45,854 nt of DNA from an uncultured bacterium (GTDB taxonomy: Bacteria; Fidelibacterota; Marinisomatia; Marinisomatales; UBA1611), in NCBI GenBank assembly GCA_964478995.1, contig CAYZJY010000005.1, positions 1 to 45,854 of the forward strand. The letters are read 5' to 3'. Position 1 is the stretch's first letter; each line of letters starts with the position of its first letter. Made by a program: the position numbers and the translations under genes. Positions 22,284 through 32,173 of the stretch are shown piece after piece. Below the pieces are notes generated by a model that was given only the letters and a program-made list of their open reading frames with translations, was not told the DNA's origin and made no database searches.

Positions 22284-22322
22284 AACTTTGATTGCCTAAC
22301 TTGACTACTCATTAGACATCAC

Positions 22323-24509
22323 ATGTCAAAGATCATCACGGTTACCATTATTATTTCCCTCTCTTCAATTCTGTTTTCTGAAAAGACCCTCAATCTTGAT
22401 ACTGTGTCTAATTCAATAATCATTGATGGCAAAATTGAAGAATCTGAATGGATAGGTGCGAAGACCGTAGAAGATTTTGTAGAGATTAATCCAGGGATAA
22501 ACAATCTGCCTGCATTGGCACGGACACAAGTACGAGTCACCTATGATAGCAAGCATTTATATGTTGCTTTCAATGCATTCGACGATCGACAAACAATAAG
22601 GGCAAACCAGTCCAAGCGCGATGACATAGAAGAGGATGATAGGGTAGGTGTGATGATTGACCCAAGAGATGATGGAATTGTAACTCATTATTTTGCATCT
22701 AATCCCTATGGTAACCAGTTAGATGGCCAAAGGATGGGTGAAAGTGAACGTGATGATTGGGATGCGATATGGTATTCTTCTGGGCGTATCAAAGATGATG
22801 GTTATGAGGTAGAGATGGCAATCCCTTTTTCTACTTTCAGGGCAGCAGATCTTGATGAATTTCATTGGAGGATAAACTTTTTTAGGGTCATCCCTCGAAA
22901 TGAAAGTAAGCGAATTGATTCATGGGTTCCCATTGATAAAAATAATCCATGCATGGCTTGTCAGTTGGGTCATCTTAGAGGTGTGAAAGAGATTGATGTC
23001 AAACCGCCCATTGAATTACTGCCAAGTCTTGTAGGGTCGCATGATAATTCATTTTCAAACAATATTGGTTTTGGTTTTTCCTTGCCATTAGGCAATACTG
23101 CTACTGCAGAGATTACCTTCAATCCTGATTTTAGCCAAGTTGAGTCCAATGCAACAAAAATAGATATTAATAGTCAGACCGCTATATCGTATCCTGAGAC
23201 CAGACCTTTTTTTAATGAGGGCATAGATCTGTTTAACACAGGCTCCTTTGGGTGGAAACCCAAGGTACGTGCTGTGTATACTCGCTCCATCAATCAGCCT
23301 ATCATGGCTGCAAAGATGCTCGGGCAAAGTGGGAATACACAGTATGGATACTTGGGTTCTTTGGACCAGAATAGTACGTTCATTGTTCCATTCAGTGACT
23401 TTGGCGGAACCACTGAAAATTTGGGTGAGAGTAATACAAGCATTTTTCGGGCGAAGCATTCTATTAATGAAGGGTCATACATCGGAGGTATATTATCTGA
23501 TAGAAGATATAAAGATGGAATAGGGACCATGGGCGGAGTGGATGGACTCTATCGTTTTAATAATAATCTAAAATTTGACTGGCAACTTTTTTTATCAAAC
23601 ACCTCTGAGCCGAATGACTCAACACTATCTTCATCCATCAACGGGCACCTATTTGGGAAGGACTCTCTTACATCTGATTTCGATGGAGAATCCTATTCAG
23701 GTCATAGTTTTTATTTTAGCCTTGAAAATAGGAAAAAGAATGATGGCATGACCCTCATGTATGTTGAGCGTTCACCTACCTTTAGAGCAGACAATGGTTA
23801 CATAGATCTTAATGATAAAAGACATCTAACGGTTACAAGAGGAAAGATCCTATATCCTGAGAATAGTACATACGAGGTGATGTATTTTTGGTTTGCAACT
23901 GGGCGCATATTTTTTTACGACTGGACTGTGTTTCAGGATTGGATATTCTTAAGTCACAATGGACAAATGAAGGGTCAGTTTGGATATGACATAACATTAC
24001 TTACAGAGGATGAATACTACAAAGGTGTTCTATTTGAAGATAATTATAGACTCATGTTTGAGTTTGAAAAATCTTTTTCAAAAAAAGTATCTTTGGAGTT
24101 TGAACCTCAGTATGGTACGGAGATCATTAGAGAAGATGACCCCTACCAAGCAAGAAACATTAGTATCGGATTTGAATTGAACCTTAGGCCGAGTAATGAG
24201 TTGAAATTCAATTTCAAATTAGATCAGTCGAGGTCGACAAGGTTTGAGACAGGAGAGGAGGTCTATTCTGATCTCATTGCGCGAGCAAGATTTGAATATC
24301 AAGCAACAGCAGCACTGAACTTTAGACTGGTATCTCAATACCATGACTATTATGATACCTTTGACATACAGCCCTTGATCAGTTATCAACCAGGTCCATT
24401 TTCAATTTTTTATATTGGTACTAGTAGATCATATGAGAGACAAGATGCTAAATGGAAAGAATCGTATGGCCAAATATATCTCAAGGTTCAAAAACTGTTT
24501 TCTTTTTAG
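22323..24509 (+). CDS. CBM9/DOMON-like domain plus DUF5916-like outer-membrane protein
   Basis: IDGKIEESEW, YDSKHLYVAF, EMAIPF, NPDFSQVE, YPETRPFF; C-terminal Phe with alternating barrel strands. Confidence 0.72.
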   Translation: MSKIITVTIIISLSSILFSEKTLNLDTVSNSIIIDGKIEESEWIGAKTVEDFVEINPGINNLPALARTQVRVTYDSKHLYVAFNAFDDRQTIRANQSKRDDIEEDDRVGVMIDPRDDGIVTHYFASNPYGNQLDGQRMGESERDDWDAIWYSSGRIKDDGYEVEMAIPFSTFRAADLDEFHWRINFFRVIPRNESKRIDSWVPIDKNNPCMACQLGHLRGVKEIDVKPPIELLPSLVGSHDNSFSNNIGFGFSLPLGNTATAEITFNPDFSQVESNATKIDINSQTAISYPETRPFFNEGIDLFNTGSFGWKPKVRAVYTRSINQPIMAAKMLGQSGNTQYGYLGSLDQNSTFIVPFSDFGGTTENLGESNTSIFRAKHSINEGSYIGGILSDRRYKDGIGTMGGVDGLYRFNNNLKFDWQLFLSNTSEPNDSTLSSSINGHLFGKDSLTSDFDGESYSGHSFYFSLENRKKNDGMTLMYVERSPTFRADNGYIDLNDKRHLTVTRGKILYPENSTYEVMYFWFATGRIFFYDWTVFQDWIFLSHNGQMKGQFGYDITLLTEDEYYKGVLFEDNYRLMFEFEKSFSKKVSLEFEPQYGTEIIREDDPYQARNISIGFELNLRPSNELKFNFKLDQSRSTRFETGEEVYSDLIARARFEYQATAALNFRLVSQYHDYYDTFDIQPLISYQPGPFSIFYIGTSRSYERQDAKWKESYGQIYLKVQKLFSF

Positions 24510-24524
24510 ATTGTAATTAAACAA

Positions 24525-25223
24525 ATGATCAATGACATCATAAACATAGTTATTTCGTTACCCAGTCAGCATGTCATTTATGGCATGATAAGTACGGTCC
24601 TATGTGTTGCAGTGGCATGGGTATATGGAAATTGTTCGCGGAAGGTTAGACTGGTTATTCTTCAGACAATAGGCTATTTGGTGATCTTCAATGAGGTCGT
24701 CTTTCAGATATACATGGTATACTATGGGATCTGGTCACCCAATACTTCATTGCCAATGGAGATGTGTTACATTTCTGCCTTGTTGATTCCTGTATATGCT
24801 AGTAATCAAGATAATAGAACGTTAATGAATTGGTTCTATTTTGCTGGATTTAGCGGTTCTTTATTTGCATTCATTAATACTAATCTTTCTGAGATGGAGC
24901 ATATTTATGTTTCCATACATTATTTTTTTGCCCATGGTCTTGTCATTTTTGTCATGATAAGCATTGTACTTGATGGTTACCGACCAAAATGGAGCGACTA
25001 TTTTGATGCCATTAAATGGACGACAGTACTGGTTGTTAGCATCATCATTGTTAACATAATACTGGGAAGTAATTACATGTTCACTTTTGAAAAGCCTGAA
25101 GGTGTAAACTTTACTCTATTAATGCCTGAATGGCCATATTACTTCTTGATCATGTTATGTATCGGACTTGTCTGCTACACATTGATGATGCTTTTCGGGT
25201 TATTAATAAAAAACAATAAATAA
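24525..25223 (+). CDS. TMEM164/YwaF-like integral membrane protein
   Basis: LPMEMC, YFFAHG, GSNYMF, WPYY motifs; about 6-7 transmembrane helices. Confidence 0.75.
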   Translation: MINDIINIVISLPSQHVIYGMISTVLCVAVAWVYGNCSRKVRLVILQTIGYLVIFNEVVFQIYMVYYGIWSPNTSLPMEMCYISALLIPVYASNQDNRTLMNWFYFAGFSGSLFAFINTNLSEMEHIYVSIHYFFAHGLVIFVMISIVLDGYRPKWSDYFDAIKWTTVLVVSIIIVNIILGSNYMFTFEKPEGVNFTLLMPEWPYYFLIMLCIGLVCYTLMMLFGLLIKNNK

Positions 25224-25248
25224 ATACACCAATAACGTTCAATGATTT

Positions 25249-25277
25249 TTGTATAAACTCTCTTTTTAAATTAATAT
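25249..25277 (+). promoter_or_regulatory. Possible sigma70-type promoter for the lipid-modification operon
   Basis: TTGTAT-N17-TAATAT in an AT-rich gap just before ATG 25293. The match to consensus is weak. Confidence 0.3.
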
Positions 25278-25292
25278 TTGGTTAAAACTAGT

Positions 25293-25814
25293 ATGAAAAA
25301 AATATTTAATATTTTAGGATTTAAAGTTAGTTGGTGGGCCTGTGTCTTTGGTGCGACAAGTGACCTTGTATACATTGGACCGATGATGATGCTGATATTT
25401 CTCATAATCCATTTTTACCTTAATTCTCCAAACCCTGCTGAGATAAAACTTGTATTTATTTTTGCATTTCTTGGCACGTTGATAGATACATTGATGGCCT
25501 ATTCGGGAATGCTTTCATATAATGGTCTTTATGGTCAAGAAATTATCATTGCACCATTGTGGATCACGGCAATGTGGTGCGGATTTGCTGCAATGGTCAA
25601 TCATTCAATGGCTTGGTTGAAAGGTCGTTGGGTACATGCGCTATTATTGGGTGGTTTCCTTGGTCCAGTAGCATATAAAGCAGGAGAGGGACTTGGAGCA
25701 ATAAATTTTAACAATGACCAATTAGAGGTAACTATCATGCTTGCTATTGTTTGGGGTTTGAGCATGCCACTTATTTATTGGGTCAATGATAAATTAGGTT
25801 TGGGAAACAATTGA
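25293..25814 (+). CDS. DUF2878-family membrane protein
   Basis: NILGFKVSWWACV, PLWITAMWCGFA..NHSMAWL, GPVAYKAG; usual neighbour of cfa and DUF1365 genes. ATG at 25293. Confidence 0.8.
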   Translation: MKKIFNILGFKVSWWACVFGATSDLVYIGPMMMLIFLIIHFYLNSPNPAEIKLVFIFAFLGTLIDTLMAYSGMLSYNGLYGQEIIIAPLWITAMWCGFAAMVNHSMAWLKGRWVHALLLGGFLGPVAYKAGEGLGAINFNNDQLEVTIMLAIVWGLSMPLIYWVNDKLGLGNN

Positions 25815-26515
25815 TGAACTTTCTCATTCCATTTCTCTTACTATTTATAGTAGATAATTCCTTACATGCGAAAATATCAATCGATAAACCTGATGAGTTA
25901 TTTAAAATGTTAAATGATAATAATGGGTGGGATATGATCTCAATCAAGGAAGAGATGACATTAAGTACTAAATCCATTGAGAATATGAATTTGGTTGCTT
26001 TCATGGTGAAACAAAGAACAAACATCCCCACTAGAATCATACAAGACATCATAATGGATGTTAAAAACTATGGTCAATATTTTAATAGTGTAGGGCCATT
26101 TATTTTCGAGGAAATTAATAGTGAGAATGACTGGGTCGAAGGGTATCACTTGCTTCCAATTGACCTACCATTAATTAAAGATAGAGAATATTTCTTTAGG
26201 GTTCACACCAATGGTTTTGACCTTCAAGATGCCACCTCAATTGTACATTGGTATTTGATTGAAGAAGGCGTAAAAGAAAAAAAGATGAGTAGCCGCAATT
26301 CTAGGGATGCCATTTACCTCGATTATGGAGCAGGCCTCTGGATGACAGAGCCAATTAATGATGATGAGTATTTTCTTTCTTATCGGTTATATTTGGACCC
26401 TGGAGGTTCGATACCTGATTTTGCGATCGAACTAATGAACAAAATGAGCATAATGAATGTTTTCAAAGATGTGGTTTCTGAGGCATCTCGCAGAAATATT
26501 GTAACTGTTCCCTGA
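25814..26515 (+). CDS. START/SRPBCC-like lipid-binding protein with signal peptide
   Basis: LPLIKDREYF, GLWMTEP, YRLYLDPGGSIPDF START-type C-terminal motif. Confidence 0.7.
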   Translation: MNFLIPFLLLFIVDNSLHAKISIDKPDELFKMLNDNNGWDMISIKEEMTLSTKSIENMNLVAFMVKQRTNIPTRIIQDIIMDVKNYGQYFNSVGPFIFEEINSENDWVEGYHLLPIDLPLIKDREYFFRVHTNGFDLQDATSIVHWYLIEEGVKEKKMSSRNSRDAIYLDYGAGLWMTEPINDDEYFLSYRLYLDPGGSIPDFAIELMNKMSIMNVFKDVVSEASRRNIVTVP

Positions 26516-27073
26516 TTGAATGTTCGTTTGAAATATTTAATTTACATAGTAGTTATTTTTTATTCCTTTGTATTCATAGGATGTTTTGATAATCCTGATT
26601 CAAAAAATTATTCAAAAATGAAAACGGTTGATCATGTGGACATAGAGCGTTTCATGGGGGACTGGTATGTTATTGCAAACATACCAACGTTCATTGAGAA
26701 AGGAGCAACCAATGCCATTGAGTCCTATCAATTAGGTTCAGACGGTACGATCAAGACCACCTTTACCTTTTTCAAAGATTCGCCCAGTGGTGAGAAAAAA
26801 ACATATAGACCCACCGGTTTCATTAAAAATAAAGAGACCAACGCAGAATGGAAAATGCAATTTTTATGGCCTTTTAAGATGCCTTTTCTGATAATTGACC
26901 TAGATAAGGATTATGCCTATACCGTCATTGGTATCCCATCGAGAAAATACGTTTGGATCATGGCGAGGGATTTTGTCCTAGATGATGATCTATATGAAGG
27001 AATACTAAATAGATTATCTGATGTTGGTTATGACATCTCTTTGATTCAAAAAATAACTCAAGACTGGAACTAG
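26516..27073 (+). CDS. blc: Bacterial lipocalin lipoprotein
   Basis: Lipobox FIGC; VDIERFMGDWYVIA, QFLWPF, YVWIMAR. Confidence 0.88.
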   Translation: MNVRLKYLIYIVVIFYSFVFIGCFDNPDSKNYSKMKTVDHVDIERFMGDWYVIANIPTFIEKGATNAIESYQLGSDGTIKTTFTFFKDSPSGEKKTYRPTGFIKNKETNAEWKMQFLWPFKMPFLIIDLDKDYAYTVIGIPSRKYVWIMARDFVLDDDLYEGILNRLSDVGYDISLIQKITQDWN

Positions 27074-27104
27074 TTAATGTCTATTCCAGAGGATAAATAA
27101 TGTC

Positions 27105-28355
27105 ATGAAAATAGCCATAGTTGGTTCTGGGATATCAGGCCTAACGTGTGCCTACCTTTTGAACGAGAATCATGACATAACCATTTTTGAAAAAAATGAT
27201 TACATCGGAGGTCACACCCACACACATGAACTTGAACATGGTGGTAATAAATGGTCTGTTGATTCGGGTTTCATAGTTTACAATGAGAGAACATACCCAA
27301 ATTTCATAAAAATTTTAGACCAACTTGGAGTAGAAAGGCAGTTAACTAGGATGGGTTTTAGTGTCAAATCAGAAAATATTGACCTTGAATATGCTGGACA
27401 TTCTTTGAATGGACTTTTTGCTCAAAGATCAAACCTATTTAGACCTTCATTCATGAGAATGCTTCGCAGCATGTGGAGATTTAATTCTGAGGCAATAATT
27501 GATCTTAAGGTTCTTGATCCTGAAATCACTTTGGGTCAATATCTAACGTCAAAAAATTACGCAGAAGAATTCATCAAGCATTATATCATACCAATAGGTG
27601 CTGCAATATGGTCAACAGTACCTCAAGAATTGATGAATATCCCCGCTATTTTTTTCATAAGGTTCTTTGATAATCATGGATTACTGCAGATAGTTGATAG
27701 GCCAAACTGGTGGGTCATAAAAGGAGGTTCAAAAAAATATGTGGAGAAAATGATCAAAGGTTTTGAAAATAAGATTAGACTTTCATCGCCTGTCAAGAAT
27801 GTAAACCGTGAGGGTGATAATATTACTATTCGATTCGGCACTGACGGCCAGGATAGTGAAAATTTTGATTCCATTATTTTTTCGACTCATAGTAATCAGT
27901 CATTAGCAATGCTTGATTCACCTACAATAGAAGAAAAAGACATATTGGGAGCTATCAAATACCAAGAGAATGAGGCACTGCTTCATTTCGATGAATCCAT
28001 TCTTCCCAAAAGGAAAAATGCTTGGTCTAGTTGGAATTATCTTTTAGATAAAGATCAAGACAAACCGGTTGCCCTAACCTATAACATGAACATGTTGCAG
28101 AGCCTAGAGTCTGATAGGACTTTTTGTGTGTCTCTAAATAGTGGCGATCTGATCGATCGATCCAAGGTGATAAAGTACTTGAACTATGACCACCCACTCT
28201 TTACGGTGTCAAGCGTAGAGGCTCAAAACCGTAAGCATGAGATAAGTGGCAAAAATAATACATATTATTGTGGAGCCTATTGGAGGAATGGATTCCATGA
28301 AGATGGGGTTGTGAGTGCGCTCGATGTATGTAAGGATTTCGGGGCAACTCTATGA
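27105..28355 (+). CDS. FAD-dependent oxidoreductase (amine oxidase-like; UfaD/RSP1091-type fatty acyl desaturase candidate)
   Basis: KIAIVGSGISGL, GGHTHT, VDSGFIVYNERTYPNF, AWSSWNY, CGAYWRNGFHEDG. Confidence 0.88.
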   Translation: MKIAIVGSGISGLTCAYLLNENHDITIFEKNDYIGGHTHTHELEHGGNKWSVDSGFIVYNERTYPNFIKILDQLGVERQLTRMGFSVKSENIDLEYAGHSLNGLFAQRSNLFRPSFMRMLRSMWRFNSEAIIDLKVLDPEITLGQYLTSKNYAEEFIKHYIIPIGAAIWSTVPQELMNIPAIFFIRFFDNHGLLQIVDRPNWWVIKGGSKKYVEKMIKGFENKIRLSSPVKNVNREGDNITIRFGTDGQDSENFDSIIFSTHSNQSLAMLDSPTIEEKDILGAIKYQENEALLHFDESILPKRKNAWSSWNYLLDKDQDKPVALTYNMNMLQSLESDRTFCVSLNSGDLIDRSKVIKYLNYDHPLFTVSSVEAQNRKHEISGKNNTYYCGAYWRNGFHEDGVVSALDVCKDFGATL

Positions 28356-29134
28356 ACTCTTTAAATAAAAGTTATATATATTCAGGGACAATAAGGCACC
28401 GTCGCTTTACACCCTTTGAACATTTTTTCACCTACCCATTATTCATGACATACATAGATCTAGATTCAATAGATAATGCCTTGAGAAGGTCATGGTTATG
28501 GAACATAAATGGACCAGCACTCGTCTCTTTCATGCGTAAGGATTATCATGGAGATGACAGGTTAAGTTTGGATGAATCAGTAAGGAAAACGATCTTTGAA
28601 AAAATCGGATACAAGGTCAAAGGTCCAATTAGACTTCTAACACATTTAAGGTATTTGGGTTATTGTTTTAACCCTGTAAGCTTTTATTATTGTTTTGATG
28701 AAGAAGACACAGAAGTTGACGTTATCATGGCAGAAGTGACCAATACCCCTTGGGATGAAAGACATTCCTACATCATACGTGAAAGAGATGAGGAAGGTAA
28801 ATTTGGAAACCTTGTAGCGGACCTTGAAAAGAAATTACATGTTAGTCCATTTTGGGGAATGGACCACAAGTACGAGTGGGTATTTACTCAGCCAAACAAG
28901 CATCTTTTGGTGAACATGAAAAATTTTAAAGATGGAGACAAGGTCTTTGATGCTACCTTGAATATGAGAAGATCACCATTTACACTAATGGGCCTGTTAA
29001 AGCAGGTCCTAAGATTTCCTTTCATCACCATGGTGGTGGTTTTTCGCATTCATTGGCAAGCCTTTAAACTTTGGGTAAGGAGAGCACCTTTTTTCATCCA
29101 TCCAGATAAAGCAAATCTAATGAAAGGAAGTTGA
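28352..29134 (+). CDS. DUF1365 protein (UfaO/RSP1090-type)
   Basis: HRRFTP..HFFTY, GYCFNPVSFYYC, AEVTNTPWDERHSY, KKLHVSPF, IHWQAFKLW. Confidence 0.9.
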   Translation: MNSLNKSYIYSGTIRHRRFTPFEHFFTYPLFMTYIDLDSIDNALRRSWLWNINGPALVSFMRKDYHGDDRLSLDESVRKTIFEKIGYKVKGPIRLLTHLRYLGYCFNPVSFYYCFDEEDTEVDVIMAEVTNTPWDERHSYIIRERDEEGKFGNLVADLEKKLHVSPFWGMDHKYEWVFTQPNKHLLVNMKNFKDGDKVFDATLNMRRSPFTLMGLLKQVLRFPFITMVVVFRIHWQAFKLWVRRAPFFIHPDKANLMKGS

Positions 29135-29137
29135 TTG

Positions 29138-30409
29138 ATGAATACGACAATGCAAGTAGACCATCTCGCTGAAAAGATAAAGACACCAACCAAAGCAACA
29201 ATTCTTACCTCGGTGTTCAAAAAAGGGTTGAAAAAGAAATTAAATAACCTAATTGATGGCCACATCAAAGTTGAAGATGGCAATGAGAAATTCTATTTTG
29301 GTGATGTTGATTCTGATCTTAGTGTGAATGTAGAGATTCACTCACAAGAGTTTTACGTCATGACTGGGAGTGGTGGCGCATTAGGTATTGCAGAAGCTTA
29401 CATATTAGGTTATTGGTCTGCAGATGATGTTGTACTGCTCATGAGAATTTTGCTAAAAAATCGTTCGATTCTTGTATCTTTGAATAATGGGGTTGCAAAG
29501 TTATTAAGTCCCATAAATAAATTGATACACCGAAGTAGACAGAATACACTCAAAGGGAGTAAGGAGAATATTCTTGCCCATTATGACCTAAGCAATGATT
29601 TTTATAAACTTTGGCTTGATTCTACAATGACCTATTCATGTGCATATTTCAATAATTTTGATATGAATCTTGAAGACGCATCCATAGAGAAATTAGATCG
29701 CATATGCAGAAAGTTGAATTTGTCAGATAAAGATGATGTATTAGAAATAGGAACAGGCTGGGGAAGTTTTTCCATTCATGCTGCAAAAAATTATGGATGT
29801 AACATCACAACTACAACTATATCAGATGCTCAATATGAATATGCAAGGTCGCGTGTAGTTGAAGAGGGTCTAGAGTCAAAGATTAGTGTAATAAATAAGG
29901 ATTATCGGAAGATTGATGGTCAATATGACAAGATCGTATCCATCGAAATGATAGAGGCTGTAGGGCATGAATTCATACCGGAATATTTTAAAAAAATATC
30001 TTCTCTATTAAAACCAAATGGCTTAATGGCACTTCAAGGAATAACATATAATGACCAAAATTTTGATACATATAAGGATTCGGTTGATTTCATAAAAAAA
30101 TATATTTTTCCAGGTTCATGTCTCATTTCTGTTTCACAGATTATTCATGTAATTAAAGATAAAACAGATCTATCAATGATAGACATGGAAGACATTACCC
30201 GTCACTATGCGGAGACTTTAAACAGATGGAGAAAAAAATTCATGGATGTGTTACCAGAGGTGAGAGAAATGGGTTATTCCGAATTATTTATCAATATGTG
30301 GGAGTTCTATTTTCTATATTGTGAAGCAGGGTTTTTAGAGAGAAATATAGGTGATGTCCAGTTGGTTTTTGCAAAATCAGGTGCACGTGACATAGAGGTG
30401 GAGTATTAG
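29138..30409 (+). CDS. cfa: Cyclopropane-fatty-acyl-phospholipid synthase-family SAM methyltransferase (UfaM/CfaS-type)
   Basis: NILAHYDLSNDFY, MTYSCA, LEIGTGWG, SIEMIEAVG, FIKKYIFPG, YCEAGF. Confidence 0.9.
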   Translation: MNTTMQVDHLAEKIKTPTKATILTSVFKKGLKKKLNNLIDGHIKVEDGNEKFYFGDVDSDLSVNVEIHSQEFYVMTGSGGALGIAEAYILGYWSADDVVLLMRILLKNRSILVSLNNGVAKLLSPINKLIHRSRQNTLKGSKENILAHYDLSNDFYKLWLDSTMTYSCAYFNNFDMNLEDASIEKLDRICRKLNLSDKDDVLEIGTGWGSFSIHAAKNYGCNITTTTISDAQYEYARSRVVEEGLESKISVINKDYRKIDGQYDKIVSIEMIEAVGHEFIPEYFKKISSLLKPNGLMALQGITYNDQNFDTYKDSVDFIKKYIFPGSCLISVSQIIHVIKDKTDLSMIDMEDITRHYAETLNRWRKKFMDVLPEVREMGYSELFINMWEFYFLYCEAGFLERNIGDVQLVFAKSGARDIEVEY

Positions 30410-30412
30410 ATC

Positions 30413-31450
30413 GTGATATCAAAGTTTATTGAATTAGCGGAGAAAGGCATAATCCCTGACTATCTTATCAGGGCTGGTATAGTAAGAAATTGTAGAAATA
30501 GATTGAATAATGAATTTCTAACTAATAATGAGAAAGTTTCAATTAAGAAGCAGAATTGGATAAGACAGATGCAAGAGAGCCCTATCGCTCTTGTTCCTGA
30601 GAAAGCCAATGAACAACACTATGAGGTTCCACCCACCTTTTTTGAAAATGTTCTGGGAAAGCATTTAAAGTATAGTTCTGGATATTGGCCTGATGGAACC
30701 AAGACACTGGATGATTCTGAGGAAGCAATGCTGGAACTTAGTTTTAATAGAGCCCAACTTATTGATGGGCATTCAATACTTGAACTTGGATGTGGGTGGG
30801 GTTCTATGACTTGCTTTATGGCAGGAAAATTACCAAATAGCAAGATCACTGCGGTCAGTAACTCCAAAGATCAGAGAAAACATATTTTAAATAGATGTAA
30901 AGAGCAGGGAATAAATAATGTTGAAGTGATTACTGCAGACATGAATGATTTTGAAACTAAAATTAATTTCGATCGAGTTGTCTCCATTGAAATGTTTGAA
31001 CACATGCGCAATTATAAGGAACTATTATCAAGAGTATCATCCTGGCTCAATAATCAAGGGAAATTATTCATCCATATTTTTTCTCATGAGTCTTTGGTCT
31101 ATCCCTTTGAAGATCAAGGGGATGCAGATTGGATGGCTCGAGAGTTTTTCTCTGGAGGCATGATGCCCTCCCATGACCTTTTATTACATTTTCAAGATGA
31201 TCTCCAAATCGATGATGTATGGAGGATCTCAGGAACCCATTATGAAAAGACATCACTGGCCTGGGTGAACAAGATGGACAAAAATAAAGATCAAATCATG
31301 GAAATATTTTTAGATACATATGGAGATGATGCCAGATTATGGTTCCAGCGATGGCGTATTTTTTTCATGTCATGTGAAAAATTGTTTGGATATGATAACG
31401 GATCAGAATGGGGTGTTTCTCACTATAGATTCATGAAGAGGGAAGCCTAG
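30413..31450 (+). CDS. Second CFA-synthase-like SAM methyltransferase (coclaurine N-methyltransferase-like subfamily)
   Basis: ANEQHYEVP, LKYSSGYW, LELGCGWGS, SIEMFEHMRNY, FFSGGMMPS, EWGVSHY. Confidence 0.88.
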   Translation: MISKFIELAEKGIIPDYLIRAGIVRNCRNRLNNEFLTNNEKVSIKKQNWIRQMQESPIALVPEKANEQHYEVPPTFFENVLGKHLKYSSGYWPDGTKTLDDSEEAMLELSFNRAQLIDGHSILELGCGWGSMTCFMAGKLPNSKITAVSNSKDQRKHILNRCKEQGINNVEVITADMNDFETKINFDRVVSIEMFEHMRNYKELLSRVSSWLNNQGKLFIHIFSHESLVYPFEDQGDADWMAREFFSGGMMPSHDLLLHFQDDLQIDDVWRISGTHYEKTSLAWVNKMDKNKDQIMEIFLDTYGDDARLWFQRWRIFFMSCEKLFGYDNGSEWGVSHYRFMKREA

Positions 31451-31451
31451 A

Positions 31452-32168
31452 ATGATAATCTTGATCTTTTTTTTCGCACACTGGTACCTTTCTCTTTTTT
31501 TCCAGACATTTTTTCTCCATCGTTATACATCCCACAAAATGTTCAAAATGACACCTTTTTGGGAAAAGACATTTTTTCTATTTACATTTATTTTCCAAGG
31601 GTCATCCTTTTTGCATCCAGCAGCATATGGCATAATGCATCGGAATCATCATTCGTATGCTGATACTCCAAAGGACCCTCACTCTCCTGTTCATCTTACA
31701 AACATTATCTCATTTAATTTGGCAACTGTTTCCGAGTATAGAAAACTTGTCAATGAGTTTATGAAAGGAGAAAGAACAACTACCGATGTGCCTAGGTGGT
31801 ATGTGCTAGAGAATATTGGTGAATCAATAATCACCAGATTTGGATTTATATTATTGTATGTGTTATTCTATGTTGAATTCACAACAGCCACCTGGCAATA
31901 TGTTTTCCTTCCATTCCATGTGATCATGGGATCCATGCATGGTTTCATAGTTAATTGGTTTGGTCACAAGCGAGGGTACAGGAACTTTGATGACTTGAAG
32001 GATAACTCAAAAAACACACTGCCAGTAGACTTTTTGATGATGGGAGAGTTATACCAGAACAATCATCATAAAATGCCTAATAACCTTAATTTTGCAGTGA
32101 GGTGGTTTGAATTAGATTTTGGGTATATTGTAACCACGATCCTTAAGAAGATCAAGATCATATACTAG
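31452..32168 (+). CDS. Membrane fatty acid (acyl-CoA/acyl-lipid) desaturase
   Basis: His boxes HRYTSH, HRNHH and QNNHH; DPHSP; NWFGH. Confidence 0.88.
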   Translation: MIILIFFFAHWYLSLFFQTFFLHRYTSHKMFKMTPFWEKTFFLFTFIFQGSSFLHPAAYGIMHRNHHSYADTPKDPHSPVHLTNIISFNLATVSEYRKLVNEFMKGERTTTDVPRWYVLENIGESIITRFGFILLYVLFYVEFTTATWQYVFLPFHVIMGSMHGFIVNWFGHKRGYRNFDDLKDNSKNTLPVDFLMMGELYQNNHHKMPNNLNFAVRWFELDFGYIVTTILKKIKIIY

Positions 32169-32173
32169 CATAG

